Positions 1 to 13,024 of a stretch of DNA of 64,000 nucleotides are shown here, one piece after another; within the stretch, counting starts at the first letter, position 1; each line of letters starts with the position of its first letter. The notes below the pieces were generated by a model. That model was not told the origin of the DNA. It made no database searches and saw nothing but the letters and a program-made list of their open reading frames with translations. Source of the stretch: Chrysomallon squamiferum (Eukaryota; Animalia; Mollusca); assembly GCA_012295275.1 (NCBI GenBank), contig CM022672.1, positions 22,444,001 through 22,508,000 on the forward strand, written 5' to 3'. The position numbers and the translations under genes are program-made.

Positions 1-118
1 CTTATTTTGATAACAGATAATTTACAATAAATTATAGTCATTTTCTTCTGATACATATCCAATTAAATTAAATATAATAAATTACCAAGAGATAATCTAT
101 ATATAAATATATGCTTAC

Positions 119-1022
119 TTCTGATTTTCTGCTGTGCTTTGATTTAGTTTTCAGAGGACTTATCTGAAAACAAAATGAAACTTCAATGCACAGATATATA
201 TATATGACATCAATAATAAAAAGAAATTGTGGACTACAGAGAGTTCTGTATGAAGCAGACACCCAAATTAAAACATTGGGTTTAACTTTTTGCTTTTCTG
301 ATTCTCTGAATATTTTCTTTTTGCCTTTTTGATAAGTGATCTCTGTAGAAACAACCATAAAAATTATTATTAATAAACTTATATTGGAAAACAACAGAAC
401 AATAGCTTGTCTATTAATAGACAGGTAAAAAAAAAGTGAGACACAGAAATACATCCTTCATTTTCAGAATAAAATCTTCTTTAATATTCACAAATTTTAT
501 AGATGCTATAATTTTATCTCTTTCATTTCCTGCCTGTCTATTTATCTGTCTCTGTCTGTGTTCGTGTGCATGCAGTGGTGCAAATCATTTGTACCTTACT
601 GTAAATAAACGTATTGAGTACCTAAGGTGAGCAATAGCTTATTATCCACATGACCTGCTAGAAATAATATGTGCATGATTTAAAATAAATAAATAAAAAG
701 GTCTTGTATTAAATTATATTTTTTGGTTTTTGATTTTTGATTTTACTTACTTCACATTTTTTGCCATGCTTTGTTTTAGTTTTCTGTGGACTCTTCTGAA
801 ATGTCATACATGCATATATAAATACATTTGTTCAATCAGTCATAATGACTGAAGAGAGTTAGTTACAAGTTTTGCTTCACAATATTTATCTTTCAAAACT
901 TATGCAAGATAAAGTATTTTCCACTGGCCATAATCTCCTAATATTATAATACGTTTATGAGGTTATTATTTTTTTTTTCTCGTTATATTAATAGATAAAC
1001 TGTCCCCGACTGGAAACTATAA

Positions 1023-1055
<33 letters not shown>

Positions 1056-3800
1056 TGTGTGTGTGTTTATATACATATCCATCCATCCATCCATATGTGT
1101 ATATATATATATATATATATATGTATCTATGTATACAAACACATTCATACATGCATATATGTGCATATACATAAAAATATACACACATAAACATATACAT
1201 CTTATTTTTGAAAATATGATGTCCCAATAACTTTACTAACCTTTTGCTTGCTACTTCGTTTTTTTTTGGGTACCAATGGAATTATCTGAAAAAGTTTGAT
1301 ACAGAAAGAAATAATAAGAATAATTGTTCAGCATCAATCAATAAATATTTGGAATTTCTGTGTCCTTCTGTACAAAAAAGTATCAGTTCAAGACAGTGGT
1401 ATGGTTTCTTTTAATGTGCGTGTTTTAACATCCTCCTAATTTTATAATATTTTTATTTAGTTTATTATGTTTTTTGCTATTTTTATTTATAGAAGGTAGA
1501 TAGACATATATAGATAGAAAGATACAGAGATCAAAAAACAAATTTCATCAGCAGGTCTACTTGTATGAAACTATATCATAAAGCAGATAACTATGTTTTC
1601 ATTACCAGTTCAGAACATTGAGTAAGATTAAAAATCTGTGTATTTTTCTTAAAACAAATTTCCCAGAAATAAATTCAAAGAACCATATGAAAATTAATAT
1701 TATATTAAGCATGTTTTTGTTTTTTTAAATTTTATGTACATGTATTTACAACATGTATTTTCTTTCTTACCTCAACTTCACTAATTATGCCACTTGATGT
1801 TGCAGATGGTATTTTCTACAGAAATGAATATGAAAAAAATATTTGCAGTACATTTCAGTCCAATAACCTGAATAAGTGAATTATAAGTTACTTTAAAGGG
1901 TCAAGGATGCAACATAAATATCATTATGTTTGTTGTAGACAAAATTATATGAAAATATAAAATTAACAGGAGATAAATAAAGATTTAAAAGTCTGTCAAG
2001 AAATAGCTGACTCATATTAACAATACAAGCTCATAAGAAACAAACATAGCAGATGATCTCTTTCCATTACTTACATTCTTATGATGGCCATGCTTCTCTG
2101 TAGATTTCTGATGTGGAGATTTTGATGGAAAGCTCTGAATTAAAAATAAGATGTACCAGATATAATTTGATTTTGTTAATGAAATTTTAAGCTTAAATGA
2201 AAAGTTTACTGTAGCTTAACATGACTGGTCCCATTATACTTAGTCTTACAAATGATAGCTATGATCAATCCACCTGTGACCGAAACTAAGTGGTACAGCT
2301 TGATATTTACTGCCATACTGATTTTTGTAATTATGAACTAAGATAAATATAATACAGATTATTTGTAATACCTAATAATGCCAGGATAACACAGCTAGTT
2401 GTGTGGTTAGTGGTAAAAGGTTGGGGAGGGGATATCTATTGTCATAATAATTTTCATATTTATGAACTTATATATATATATATAAATGAACATTTGTAAT
2501 GACTCCATAACTTTATAAACTCAAGGAACTGTAAAATCCAATATATATATATATATATATCTTGAGCACCTTTCTAGAAGCTTCTTCATTCACATCCCGA
2601 ATGAGACTTACAAATGAAGCTGAACTTGGTGTTACAGAATTTGAAGGCTGCTAAAGTTCAAACAAAACATAGTTTGTGAATAATAAGTAATCTGAAGTTG
2701 AAAACATTTTACATTAGCTACATTATATGTGATTTACATACAGTCTTACTGTTAGTTTAACAAATTCTTACTGATTAAGATTTTTTCAATCTATAACAAT
2801 ATTTTAATTATTAATATAAAATCTTAATCCAAATTCATCTATAATTTATTCTTAATTTGCATGTACTGACAAGAGAGTCTTACAATTTGTTCTGTTGTCG
2901 TTAATTTTTTTAAAGTTATTTTTAAATGTACAGTTTTATCCTACAAGGAAAACTAGTCAATATGTAATATATATATTGTTAGTTCAGTGATCCCAGAATA
3001 TCTGTTACTCACAGTATCACCATGACCTTCTCGTTTTAGTGATTTAGAAAGCTGTTGCTTCAAAATCAGTGCCTGCAAAGTAAATAAAAGAAATTACTCT
3101 TGAATATTTTATTTAATCTTAAAAGACAACACATAACTGATAAACAGTTTGGGCTCCTGCATCTCATAGCCCAAGGCTTTCTGATGCTTTAATATGGTAC
3201 TGTTAAATCTGTGTGATAATTATTTCCATAATTACTGCAATCATACTTAGCTGCATTTATTCAACAAGTCTAGAAGACTATAAATTAATGAATGTTTTCT
3301 AATATATTCTTATATACATTTCTCCTAAGATGTTTTTCAACATCTTAAATTTTATAAAGATGTTTGTAAGTTTCCTTTGCAATATAATTACAATAAATAT
3401 TAACTGTATCATAATTTATACATGTTTTTTTTTTCTTTTCTTCATACCTGCAGCTCTTGAGTAAGCCTCTCAATTTCTTCATTAGATGGTGTTTTGGCAG
3501 TTTTTTTCTGGAAGAGTTAGAAGTAAAATCTATCAATTATCACTAGTGACACCATATTCAGTGAATAATTTATGTGCATTTTCTTTTGCCTTTTTATTAA
3601 ATAATGTCTGAGAAAAGAAACGTTTATTTTTTACTGCTTAACATTCTTGCATCTTTGCCTGTAAGGTGACCATTTATCATAGTTATCCACTATTTTAATA
3701 TATATCCTAACATCTTTTGGAAATATATAGAAGTTAATATATTATTTCAATCAAAACCTATGATTCAACCCTATTCTACAGTGTGTTTGTGTGTTTTGTT

Positions 3801-3836
<36 letters not shown>

Positions 3837-5936
3837 TCTGTGTGTATGTGTATAATTTAATGTTAAAATCAGAACATTACTTACATCAAAATCTGATGAT
3901 TTAGAGTGACCTCTCTGCAAAAGTTCAAACATAACAAGAAATACAAGGATTAAGATATTTATCATTATTATTATTATTATTATTAATTTATTTCCTTTTG
4001 ATTTGTTTGCTTTTTGAGGGTATTTTCATTTTTTTTCTTTCTTATTATCATTTTACAAAACTGTAAACATTTAACTGATATCATATTGTTATTGATCAGC
4101 AATCTAGTTTACTAGACATATCTATTTAGTGAAATTATATCATATATGACTACATTTGATACTTACTTCTTCACTACGTCCCTTCCTTCCAATATCTTTA
4201 GGTCGCTTTCTGATTATCTGCTCAGTAAATAAATATATATATTTTTTATCTACATTGTATAAAGCAATAAATATCAGTAAAAACTGTGAATAAATAAGTA
4301 ACATGTATTTCAAAGATATGGACAGCCGAACACTAAACATTTTTTTAAATAATAAATTAGAATGTATTTACTATGCTGACAAAGATCAAGGCAAATTAAA
4401 TTATCTTCCTAATTTTCCAACTTAGCCAAGAAATACAAAATTTAAGGTCTCATATTTCCAGTTTTAAATCCAATTAAGACTACCTGAATTATTGCTGAAG
4501 ATTCCTGTTTATTAGAAGACAGACATATTGCACAGATATGCCACATATGCCTGCCACTTTATAGAATGCTGAGAGTGACATTTTTGTTTTTGTGTTATTT
4601 AAGAATGGCTAGCAACCACAGGTTTATTCAAAGCAATATAAATTGTTAGTTTATTTCAAAATTTACCTTCCCTTCACTTCCACTTCTGACTAACATTTTA
4701 GAGCTTGATGATTTGACAGCTGATCTCTACAAAGTCAGTATAAAATCAAGTATAATTCATTCAACCCCCCACCGAAAACGAGAATAATTTAAAAAAAATA
4801 ATAAAATAAAATAAAAATTATTAATAATTTAGAGTTCCATTCATTTAAAAAAAATAAAAAAATAAATAAACTTAATATTTTTTATTTGACTGTAGTTTTG
4901 TGCTTAACTTTTTTTTTTCTCTCATCTAATCTTAAAAAAAATAACATTCTAATACCTAATCTAATTTTTTTTAAAATAAAAATAAAGTCTCGTTGAAGAA
5001 AATAATTACATGTATTATCACAACATTATAATCATAGTTACTCACACTTTCATGCCCTCTTTTGGATTCAGAACTAGGTATCTACAAAATATAATGAAAA
5101 CATTTTCACAAGGGCTATCCAATAACATATATAGCTTTAAACAAAATGAGTGTGCTTCAAATTTTATATTTAAACCTACAGACAGGTTGCTTGATTGATT
5201 GATTGACTAATAGATACATAGATATAAATGTTTTAAGATTTTAAAAATTACAGCCTTTTTAAAAATGTTCACCTAATGTATAGAGTAAAACCTGTTTTCT
5301 GTCATGCTCATCCAAAAAATTTGATTTAAACATACCAAATTTGGTAGGATAGCAAAGTACGAGCACCAGAAGTTCTTAAGGATTTTACCACTATTCACAT
5401 CTTCAGCAAGGACCTTTGGTTTGACTGTATAAAATAACCCGTCATGGGAAGGAAGAATTTTTAACACATGCTACCATGGCATCCTGCCTATGATGCTGTG
5501 GTCTCAGGGGTGACATCATATACATTTGGAATTTGACATAATAAGTAGTTTTAACTGTTAAACTTAATCTTCTGCCTGTAATTTTTTTACCATTAAGCCA
5601 TACTTGTTACTTCAGCTAGTTCTGTGTATAAATGCATAGCATAAGAAACAAACAAAAAACGTATATAAAATACAATAATGTAAATACAGAAACAATATCT
5701 CTACTATCAACAGACAGTCATAACTAGACTGTGACTCACATCTAATTCATCTTCTTCTTTAAGTTCCTACAAAAACAAACAAATTAAATATAAACAATCA
5801 AGATGTATATCAGAGAAACTGTTTTACTTTCAAATAAATATGTTATCATTAGAAAATACAGAATGCTGATGTTCAGTTTTATGGGAAGGAAATAATCCAA
5901 CAAAGGCAACTCATTATTACTTAACATACTGAATAC

Positions 5937-5980
<44 letters not shown>

Positions 5981-7136
5981 TTTTATTTAAAGATAATGAA
6001 AAATAAAAAGTACATTTATTAAATGTACATTTACAGAATGAACTCTAAGATACATCAAGATACATCAAGTATTTTATAAATGGTATCTGGTTATACCTTC
6101 TAGATACACATATTTATCATTTCTTAGCCATTTTAACTTATTAAGAAATTTTCATGATGTCAAGAATTAACAAGTATCTAGACATATATTTTGTTTGCCA
6201 TAAATAAGTTTATTTTTTTAACCTTCCATAATAACTATATCTATAATTAATATATTTTACTCACAGTGGAATCAGCAGCATCTTTTTCCTGTGCTTCAAC
6301 AGTAGATTTCTGTAATTACAACAAATGATCATTTCTTTTTATTTTTTTTTTTTTTTTTTAACTTCTCTTTGATACTTCTATTATTATTTCCTATTTTATT
6401 TTGTCAAACTATTTAATAACAAAAAAAAAGTGTGGAAATTAAAATTATCAATCTATTATGCTATTCCACTCTACAAAATAGACTTTTAATATCTTAATTT
6501 TGCCTTCTTTTTGTGAATAAAACAGTTTTATTTAAAATTACATACTCATACAAAAACAAAAACAAAAAATGGAGTTATAAATTCACTTAATATATATTTA
6601 CATATTTCCAAATGATTTAAAATGCTAATCTTCAGTAAATATCTATTTATAACATAAATATATTTGGATTACAGACTATTGATGTTTTTAAAAATGTAAA
6701 AATAAACTCACATCATCTTCTTGAGAATGCTTCCTGAAAAACCGTGATGCAAAGGATCCTGGTGATCTAGAGGTGGATCCCTTTAAAAGTTAAAATATTT
6801 GAAATAGTAAATCAACATGAGCAACATGATTGATTATAGTAAAGTAAAGTTTTAAGACACAGTTTATTTTTAATTTTGTATAAAATTCTATGAGCATTAG
6901 AAAAACATGTTTCTATTTTAAATCGTTCAGTAAATATAAATGTATGCAGCATTCTAATCATTACTCATATTATTTCATTAAACATATTTTCCATTCATAT
7001 TAGCTTTCACATAACTTGTGATTATTCTGACAGCCAAAATAATTTTAGTTTCTGTGTGATTAATTTATGATTAATTATTCAGTGTTAACACTCAAAATGA
7101 GGTACATTCAGTTTTTAAATTTATTCTCTTCATGCA

Positions 7137-7178
<42 letters not shown>

Positions 7179-7424
7179 AAAAGAAATCTAAGAAGTGAAA
7201 AAACTGTTTATAAAAATATATGATTGAATTCTATTTAAGCTTAGAATAATGCTTTTTCAAATTTTTTCAAATTTAACACTAACAACTCACATCATCTGAG
7301 GTATCCTGCTTCCCAAAGAGTCTGGAACCAAACCGCTTCAATCTTGGTGATTCAGATTTCTGACTGTCCTGCCAAAAATATTTAAATATTCTGACTTTTT
7401 CTCAAACAGGCAGTGAATCATCAT

Positions 7425-7461
<37 letters not shown>

Positions 7462-9871
7462 TTTACAGGTTATTATTTTTTTTTTCTAGTCCTAACATAT
7501 GCTTTCTAAAGAGTCTTTTCAAAAGTTAAATTGTTTTTTAAATGACAAAATATTTTCACCAAATGTTAAACAGACATACAAGAAGCTAGATTTAAATAAC
7601 TGAAAAACACAAAAAGTTCTTAAATCAAAAAAGAAATTATTATTTTTTTTTTAAAAGATGGTCTAATTCATTTAGTTTAACTTTACATTTCTCTCAACTT
7701 TATTTTGGTCACTTAATCATTATTTTATTTGTTCCTTGTCAAAAAAAAAAATATAAAGATTTATGCAAGTACTGCTGTAACTTTTTTCTGAACACAACTT
7801 ACATCTTTATCCTTTTTTTCTGATACTCTTGGCAACTGGAAAACAGATGACTTTTTCTGTGACATCTGTAATAACAAAATGAAGAAAAAGAAGAACATAG
7901 AAATTAGTCTCCCTTATGGTTTTTTCTAAACTATATCAAATAAGACGATATTTGTAAACAGTTCCCCATTCTAAATTATAGGTTCCAGCATGCAAAATTT
8001 GAACTTTTTTTAAATATAGAAACCAAAATAATTTCTTTTACAAAATTTAAATGGGCTAAAAATCGTAAGCACTTTGCTCAGAGTTCAATTTTAAAAACTG
8101 CACAAGGTGTTTTGGTTAACTGTATCTAGATCAAACTATAGGAATCTGCTCAGTTTCTATTTTATTTTTAAATTTTTATTTTGCCCATCAATCAGCTTTA
8201 CTGGAAACTTAATCTTAAACATTGAAACTGGACCAAATACACTCTGTCTGACTCGTTTTATTATTATTTACATTACATACATTGCTGTCAGAATCAGACT
8301 GTCTTCGATTTGGTGACTCCGATCGGGATCTCTGAAAAGAATCAAAAACAAATTAGTCGTAAGAAAAATTACAGGAATAACTAAGAATTTTTAAATATTA
8401 AATTTTGCCTTCTAGAATTTTTAACCAGTTAAAGAATTTTGATGTCATGTGAAAAAATGGCTTCAAAGATGCATACAAAAAAACTGTTTAAACATTTAAC
8501 TAATTTTGGATGTTAAATAATAATGTAGAACTGTTAACAGGTGTATGGTAAATAAAAAAAACTATGCTTAATCCAGTTAAAAATAAATAATTTTGTGCAA
8601 TGCAGAATATTCTATTTTTTTGGCATCAAAGAAATGGTTTTAAATATATCTTTATAACTGATTAGTAAAGTTTATTAAAGCATACATCATGGACTTTCTT
8701 ATGATGCCTGCGACTTGATGGTGCTGACCGTGATCGCTGTAAAAATAAATATTTTATTTTAAACATTAAGCAATCTGTCTAAATCATTTAAATGTTCAAC
8801 TGATAACTTGAATAATAAATGCTGCATTTTAATTATTTGAATGTTTCATAATCAACTGTCATCTCCTATAAAATATTTTTTGATAAATTAAAATATTAAA
8901 AATATGCTTTTTATGCTAACTTTAGTTTTGTTTTAACGAAGAAAATTTCCTTAAATCTTGTGACATGAACATATTACCTAACTATGTGGCTTTAATTTGG
9001 GTCTAAAGAGAACATTCTAGGAATACATAATTATATACATTTATATCTGAATGGCTACTCACTTCTTTTGTTCGAGTTTGTGAAGAAGCAGAATGATCAG
9101 ATGATGCCTGTAAAATAATGATTTGGAAAATGCAATAAATAATTAAAAACAACAACAAAAAGTTTTTGGTGCCTTCCCTGCTACAATTAATTTTATTAAC
9201 ATTTCAAAGACTGTATTATTTGGATATTAATATGAATTTTAATTTAACCTATGTCTAAAATATTTTTATATAATAAATAAAGAGCATGACAAATATATAA
9301 ATTTTTAAATAAATTAATTTATTAAATCAGGTACTCTGTGGTAAGATGAAAAAATATATTAAGAAATATATTATATGATTTTATGCTTAAACATTATTTA
9401 TAATTAAAAGTTTACACAAGATTAAAATCAAGTGTTAAATCTATGTTAAATTCAAAATGGCTCCAACAAATAGTTACTAGAATCTGACCTCCAGTATTAT
9501 ATACGTTATAAATATATTAACAATGTAAAACAACTGAATTTGTACTTACATCTTCACTGGTTTTCTTCCATTTTTTACCAGGATCTTTTGGTTTTTTACT
9601 CATTTTGTTATCATTGGACTCCAGAAGATATTCTTCAGCATGTTCTTCCTCTGGCTCATCAGCAGTTTCTCCTGCATTGTTATTTGCTAGTGCAGAAAAA
9701 TTTCTGTTATAAAGCTTCTTAAAAAATTTTGTTGGGAAGAGAGTCTTGCCCTTTAACCAATTTTTCAGGACCAGCTACAGAAACATAGTAAATAAAAATT
9801 TGTTATGTTCATTTTTATTAAAGATAAGGTGATGCCAAAAAAAATCCATACGTATTACAACAACAACAACA

Positions 9872-9903
<32 letters not shown>

Positions 9904-10865
9904 GAAGAAGATAAAGAAGAAGAAAGAAAGAAAGAAAGAAAGATTTATTCAGAAATTTCCAATATAGTTATAAGCACTGTTAACTTGAAATTGGTTACTT
10001 TTCAGAGAATATCTGTTGTTTGTTTATAAAACTGTTTTTTAATAAAAATTATTAGCCAATTTTGCAAATATGGCAAACAATTAAAAATAATATATGTCTA
10101 AATATTTCTTTTCTATATCATAAATAAAAATAAAAATAATGCTTACTAACATATGTACTGATATTTAACATTTTAGAACAAAGTACAAATGCATTTTGAG
10201 AAAATGTCATTATTATTTTATCTTGTTAATGAAATATTTGTTTCTGGATTCATAATATATTTCATCATTCTGTTTTCATTTTCAGGGCCCTAACCATGGT
10301 TTCAGGAGACATGAAATTTGTAACTTGCAATAACTTTTTTTTATGTCTGTATGTCAATTAATTGTGCATATCCATTCTACAATCACTAACTTGTATTTGT
10401 GTGGAATAAACCTCATCAAAGCAAAACAAATATTTTCTCATCCACCCGTTTTTATATCAGATATTTATTTATTTGGTTCCATTTACCTTTTTTAGAAGTA
10501 TTCCAATAATCAGTATCATGAGCACAACATGGAAGGCAATGAAAACAGTAATTTCTGTTTCCAGAGTCTTGGCTGCTTTCTGGAAACAAAAACAAAATCA
10601 GGGCTTTTAAAGATTTTTATTTTTTTATTTTATTTTATTTTATTTTTTTTTTTTTGTTAGTTTCAGAAATTAGTTTTAATATAACTCTCAAGTATATTGA
10701 CAGAATCAAATAATTCCTCTTTAACAGCAGATTTGGTGTACCATCTTTCTACTGAAGACTGCATGCCTGTTCATTTGAGTTTAAATAATCCTTCTCTTTT
10801 TATTTTTTTTTTTTTTTTTTTTTCATCTAAAATACAATGTCTTGCTTTAATAATAATAATATAAT

Positions 10866-10900
<35 letters not shown>

Positions 10901-11233
10901 AAGCTCATTATAATTCAAACTCAGAGAAAATCCTAACTGCAGAAATATGTATATTGACTGTGATTTCTAAGCTTGTTCTGTTAACCTTAGAATGACACAG
11001 CTGACATACCAGAACCGGTTGTTACAGTTGGAGTAGGTAATACATTTTGGAGACAGTCTACTATTTGTCAAAATTAAAAACAAAATAATAAATAAAAAAT
11101 TAAAATGTTTAACCTGTATATATTTATTTATTTTAGTTTTTCCCTAATGCAAATGTTTATCTCAAAATCAAATATTAAAACGAGATGCCAAAAAAAAACC
11201 TGTTTATTATTATTTTTTTATGTAGAGTGACAA

Positions 11234-11268
<35 letters not shown>

Positions 11269-11720
11269 CCCGAGATTATGTCAGTTTTCATTTATATTTA
11301 TAGATCATCACATACAGACTTGCAGTATTAGGATTATCGCGTTATCAGATCTGGTATCGGTTCTGTGCCTTACAGGTAAACTGCGGGTAAATTGCTGCTC
11401 CGCAAATTTATAATTAATTATAATTTTTAGAAATGTAACGTTTTTAATTTTCATTTAATACTGAGCTAAAATTGTACTCATAATACAGTGTTTCGTTTCG
11501 TCTGGAATAACATGACAGAATCAACAACTAATCAATTGTTTCCTACCTAATGCTTAATTTATTATACTACTGATTATTAATAGCATATAGCGTCTTAAAT
11601 AGAAAACATTAATGAAACTGAATCATCTCTCCAATAAACATACCATTTTTATATTTTGTTTGAGTTAATTTGTGGTCTCATCTTACCCAACGACGGTAAC
11701 TGTTCTTCATCTCGATTCAT
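119..11720 (-). CDS. Uncharacterised micro-exon gene encoding a Ser/Lys/Arg/Glu-rich low-complexity protein; 3' end probably runs off the window
   Basis: AG..GT-bounded exons read by hand: 11687-11720 (ATG, MNRDEEQLPSL), 11010-11060, 10487-10579, 9550-9774, 9063-9107, 8686-8736, 8281-8331, 7803-7865, 7291-7368, 6712-6780, 6265-6309, 5740-5766, 5046-5081, 4667-4726, 4167-4217, 3885-3914, 3448-3507, 3013-3072, 2570-2650, 2075-2134, 1771-1815, 1241-1285, 751-795, 119-163. From 9107 down, every exon is a multiple of 3, phase 0 and stop-free (e.g. RSRSAPSSRRHHKKVHD, KKTAKTPSNEEIERLTQELQ). The frame from the exon-1 ATG hits TAA at 9719-9721 unless one base is skipped. Confidence 0.75.
1025..1125. 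repeat. Compound (TG)n-(ATCC)n-(TA)n microsatellite
   Basis: Direct observation. Confidence 0.9.
5938..5980. repeat. (TAA)n microsatellite
   Basis: About 14 units. Confidence 0.9.
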
Positions 11721-11759
11721 CACAGTTCAAATTACTTTCCAATTAATGGCATTTCGACA

Positions 11760-12010
11760 TTTTGAAGAAAATGCGCCCGTGTTATATGAAAACGTATGTG
11801 CTTTTTTTTTTCTTCTTTTTTACTAACTTTTATTATTATTATTATTTTTAATTACATTTTCGGATCTAATTTACGGTGGCAACATTATTTCAAACCATTT
11901 CGGTGAGCCGAATGCCTAACAACAAATTGTCAGTTGAAACCGACGCCGTAACGCCGCCCACTGGATACTGTGACACATTTGTGACGTCATTTATTCTTGC
12001 ACGCGCAATA
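11760..12010 (-). promoter_or_regulatory. Probable promoter of the micro-exon gene, with a perfect CRE palindrome TGACGTCA at 11982-11989
   Basis: Locally CpG-rich patch in otherwise CpG-poor DNA directly upstream of the first exon; full CRE octamer about 260 bp from the ATG. Confidence 0.4.
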
Positions 12011-12032
12011 TTTGACCTTTACTTCATTGTTC

Positions 12033-12064
<32 letters not shown>

Positions 12065-12285
12065 GAAATAAAATAAAATATGTCTAATGTATTAGCATAA
12101 CGGTTAAAAGGTATGTGCATTCCAATATTTTTCGTTTTATTCAACCATTTCATTGGCAAAAATGCTTTTCAAATCAATTGATATACGATAATAAAAGATA
12201 TAAAGTAAATAATAATAATAATAATAATAAATATTGTTTAGCGGCCATTTGTATCCGTTTTTTAAGGTAAGTAGAAAGGTTATTT

Positions 12286-12306
12286 ATTTATTATTATTAT
12301 TATTAT

Positions 12307-12347
<41 letters not shown>
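12286..12347. repeat. (TTA)n-(TAG)n microsatellite
   Basis: Direct observation. Confidence 0.9.
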
Positions 12348-12935
12348 TTCATACAAAATTGCAGTGCCCAGAAAGAAGACAACCATAGTATTCCTACGTC
12401 AGACGGCACGATGGGAAAGTAAAGAAACTTTAAAGTTAGAAACTAAACAAGAAAATATGTGAAATGGTAGACCATTTATCCAATAAGAGGTACTGTCGTA
12501 GTATAGATTCATCGGTGATTGCGTAATCATGAAAAATGTATTTATGAATTTTTGCACTTTAGAGTTTTTGAAAATTAAAAAATTGAAACGCATTTCTTTT
12601 TGTGTAGTCTAGTTACTACCATCTAAAAGCAAGCACACGAAATGTATATACTTCAAAGTTATTTACCAGAAAAAGATAACACTTGGGCATAAATACACTG
12701 AGGCAAATGAGGCAAATACCTCATATCGAAACTGATTTATTTTTTTGTAATTATTATTCAAAGATTTTATTTTAAAAATATAAAATATTAATCTCTATTC
12801 CGATAGAAACGATATCCACTGAATTAATTCGTTTATGTCTACGGTTACCGTCTGAAGACCCCAGATCCCTCGCCAATTTTTTTGCCCCGGTCTGCTCGGT
12901 GATTAAGTGTTTGCCACATTTTAAAAAGAGTCTAG

Positions 12936-12985
12936 TTACGGCTGTGTAATAAATAACGTTTTATAAATAAAAGGCAGTATTGGTA

Positions 12986-13024
<39 letters not shown>

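Noticed and set aside
575-670. Segment resembling a mollusc SINE tail (also 39465-39530)
   Set aside because: Short, degenerate and recognised only from memory; cannot assign a family or use it to name the species.
988-1230. ORFs rich in HT/YI/CV repeats (also 32012-32519 in part, 52684-52896, 56261-56656, 53834-54028)
   Set aside because: Translations of microsatellites in introns; no coding signal apart from overlapped true exons.
11277-11314. Minus-strand box C (GTGATGA) and box D (CTGA) with a terminal TATGT/ACATA stem in intron 1 of the micro-exon gene
   Set aside because: Only about 38 nt with an AT-only interior and no recognisable rRNA guide; too short for a C/D snoRNA.
12772-12891. 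Alternative last exon for the secreted protein (TGAKKLARDLGSSDGNRRHKR...)
   Set aside because: Weak acceptor without a pyrimidine tract; the acceptor at 12942 is better. Cannot be excluded without RNA data.
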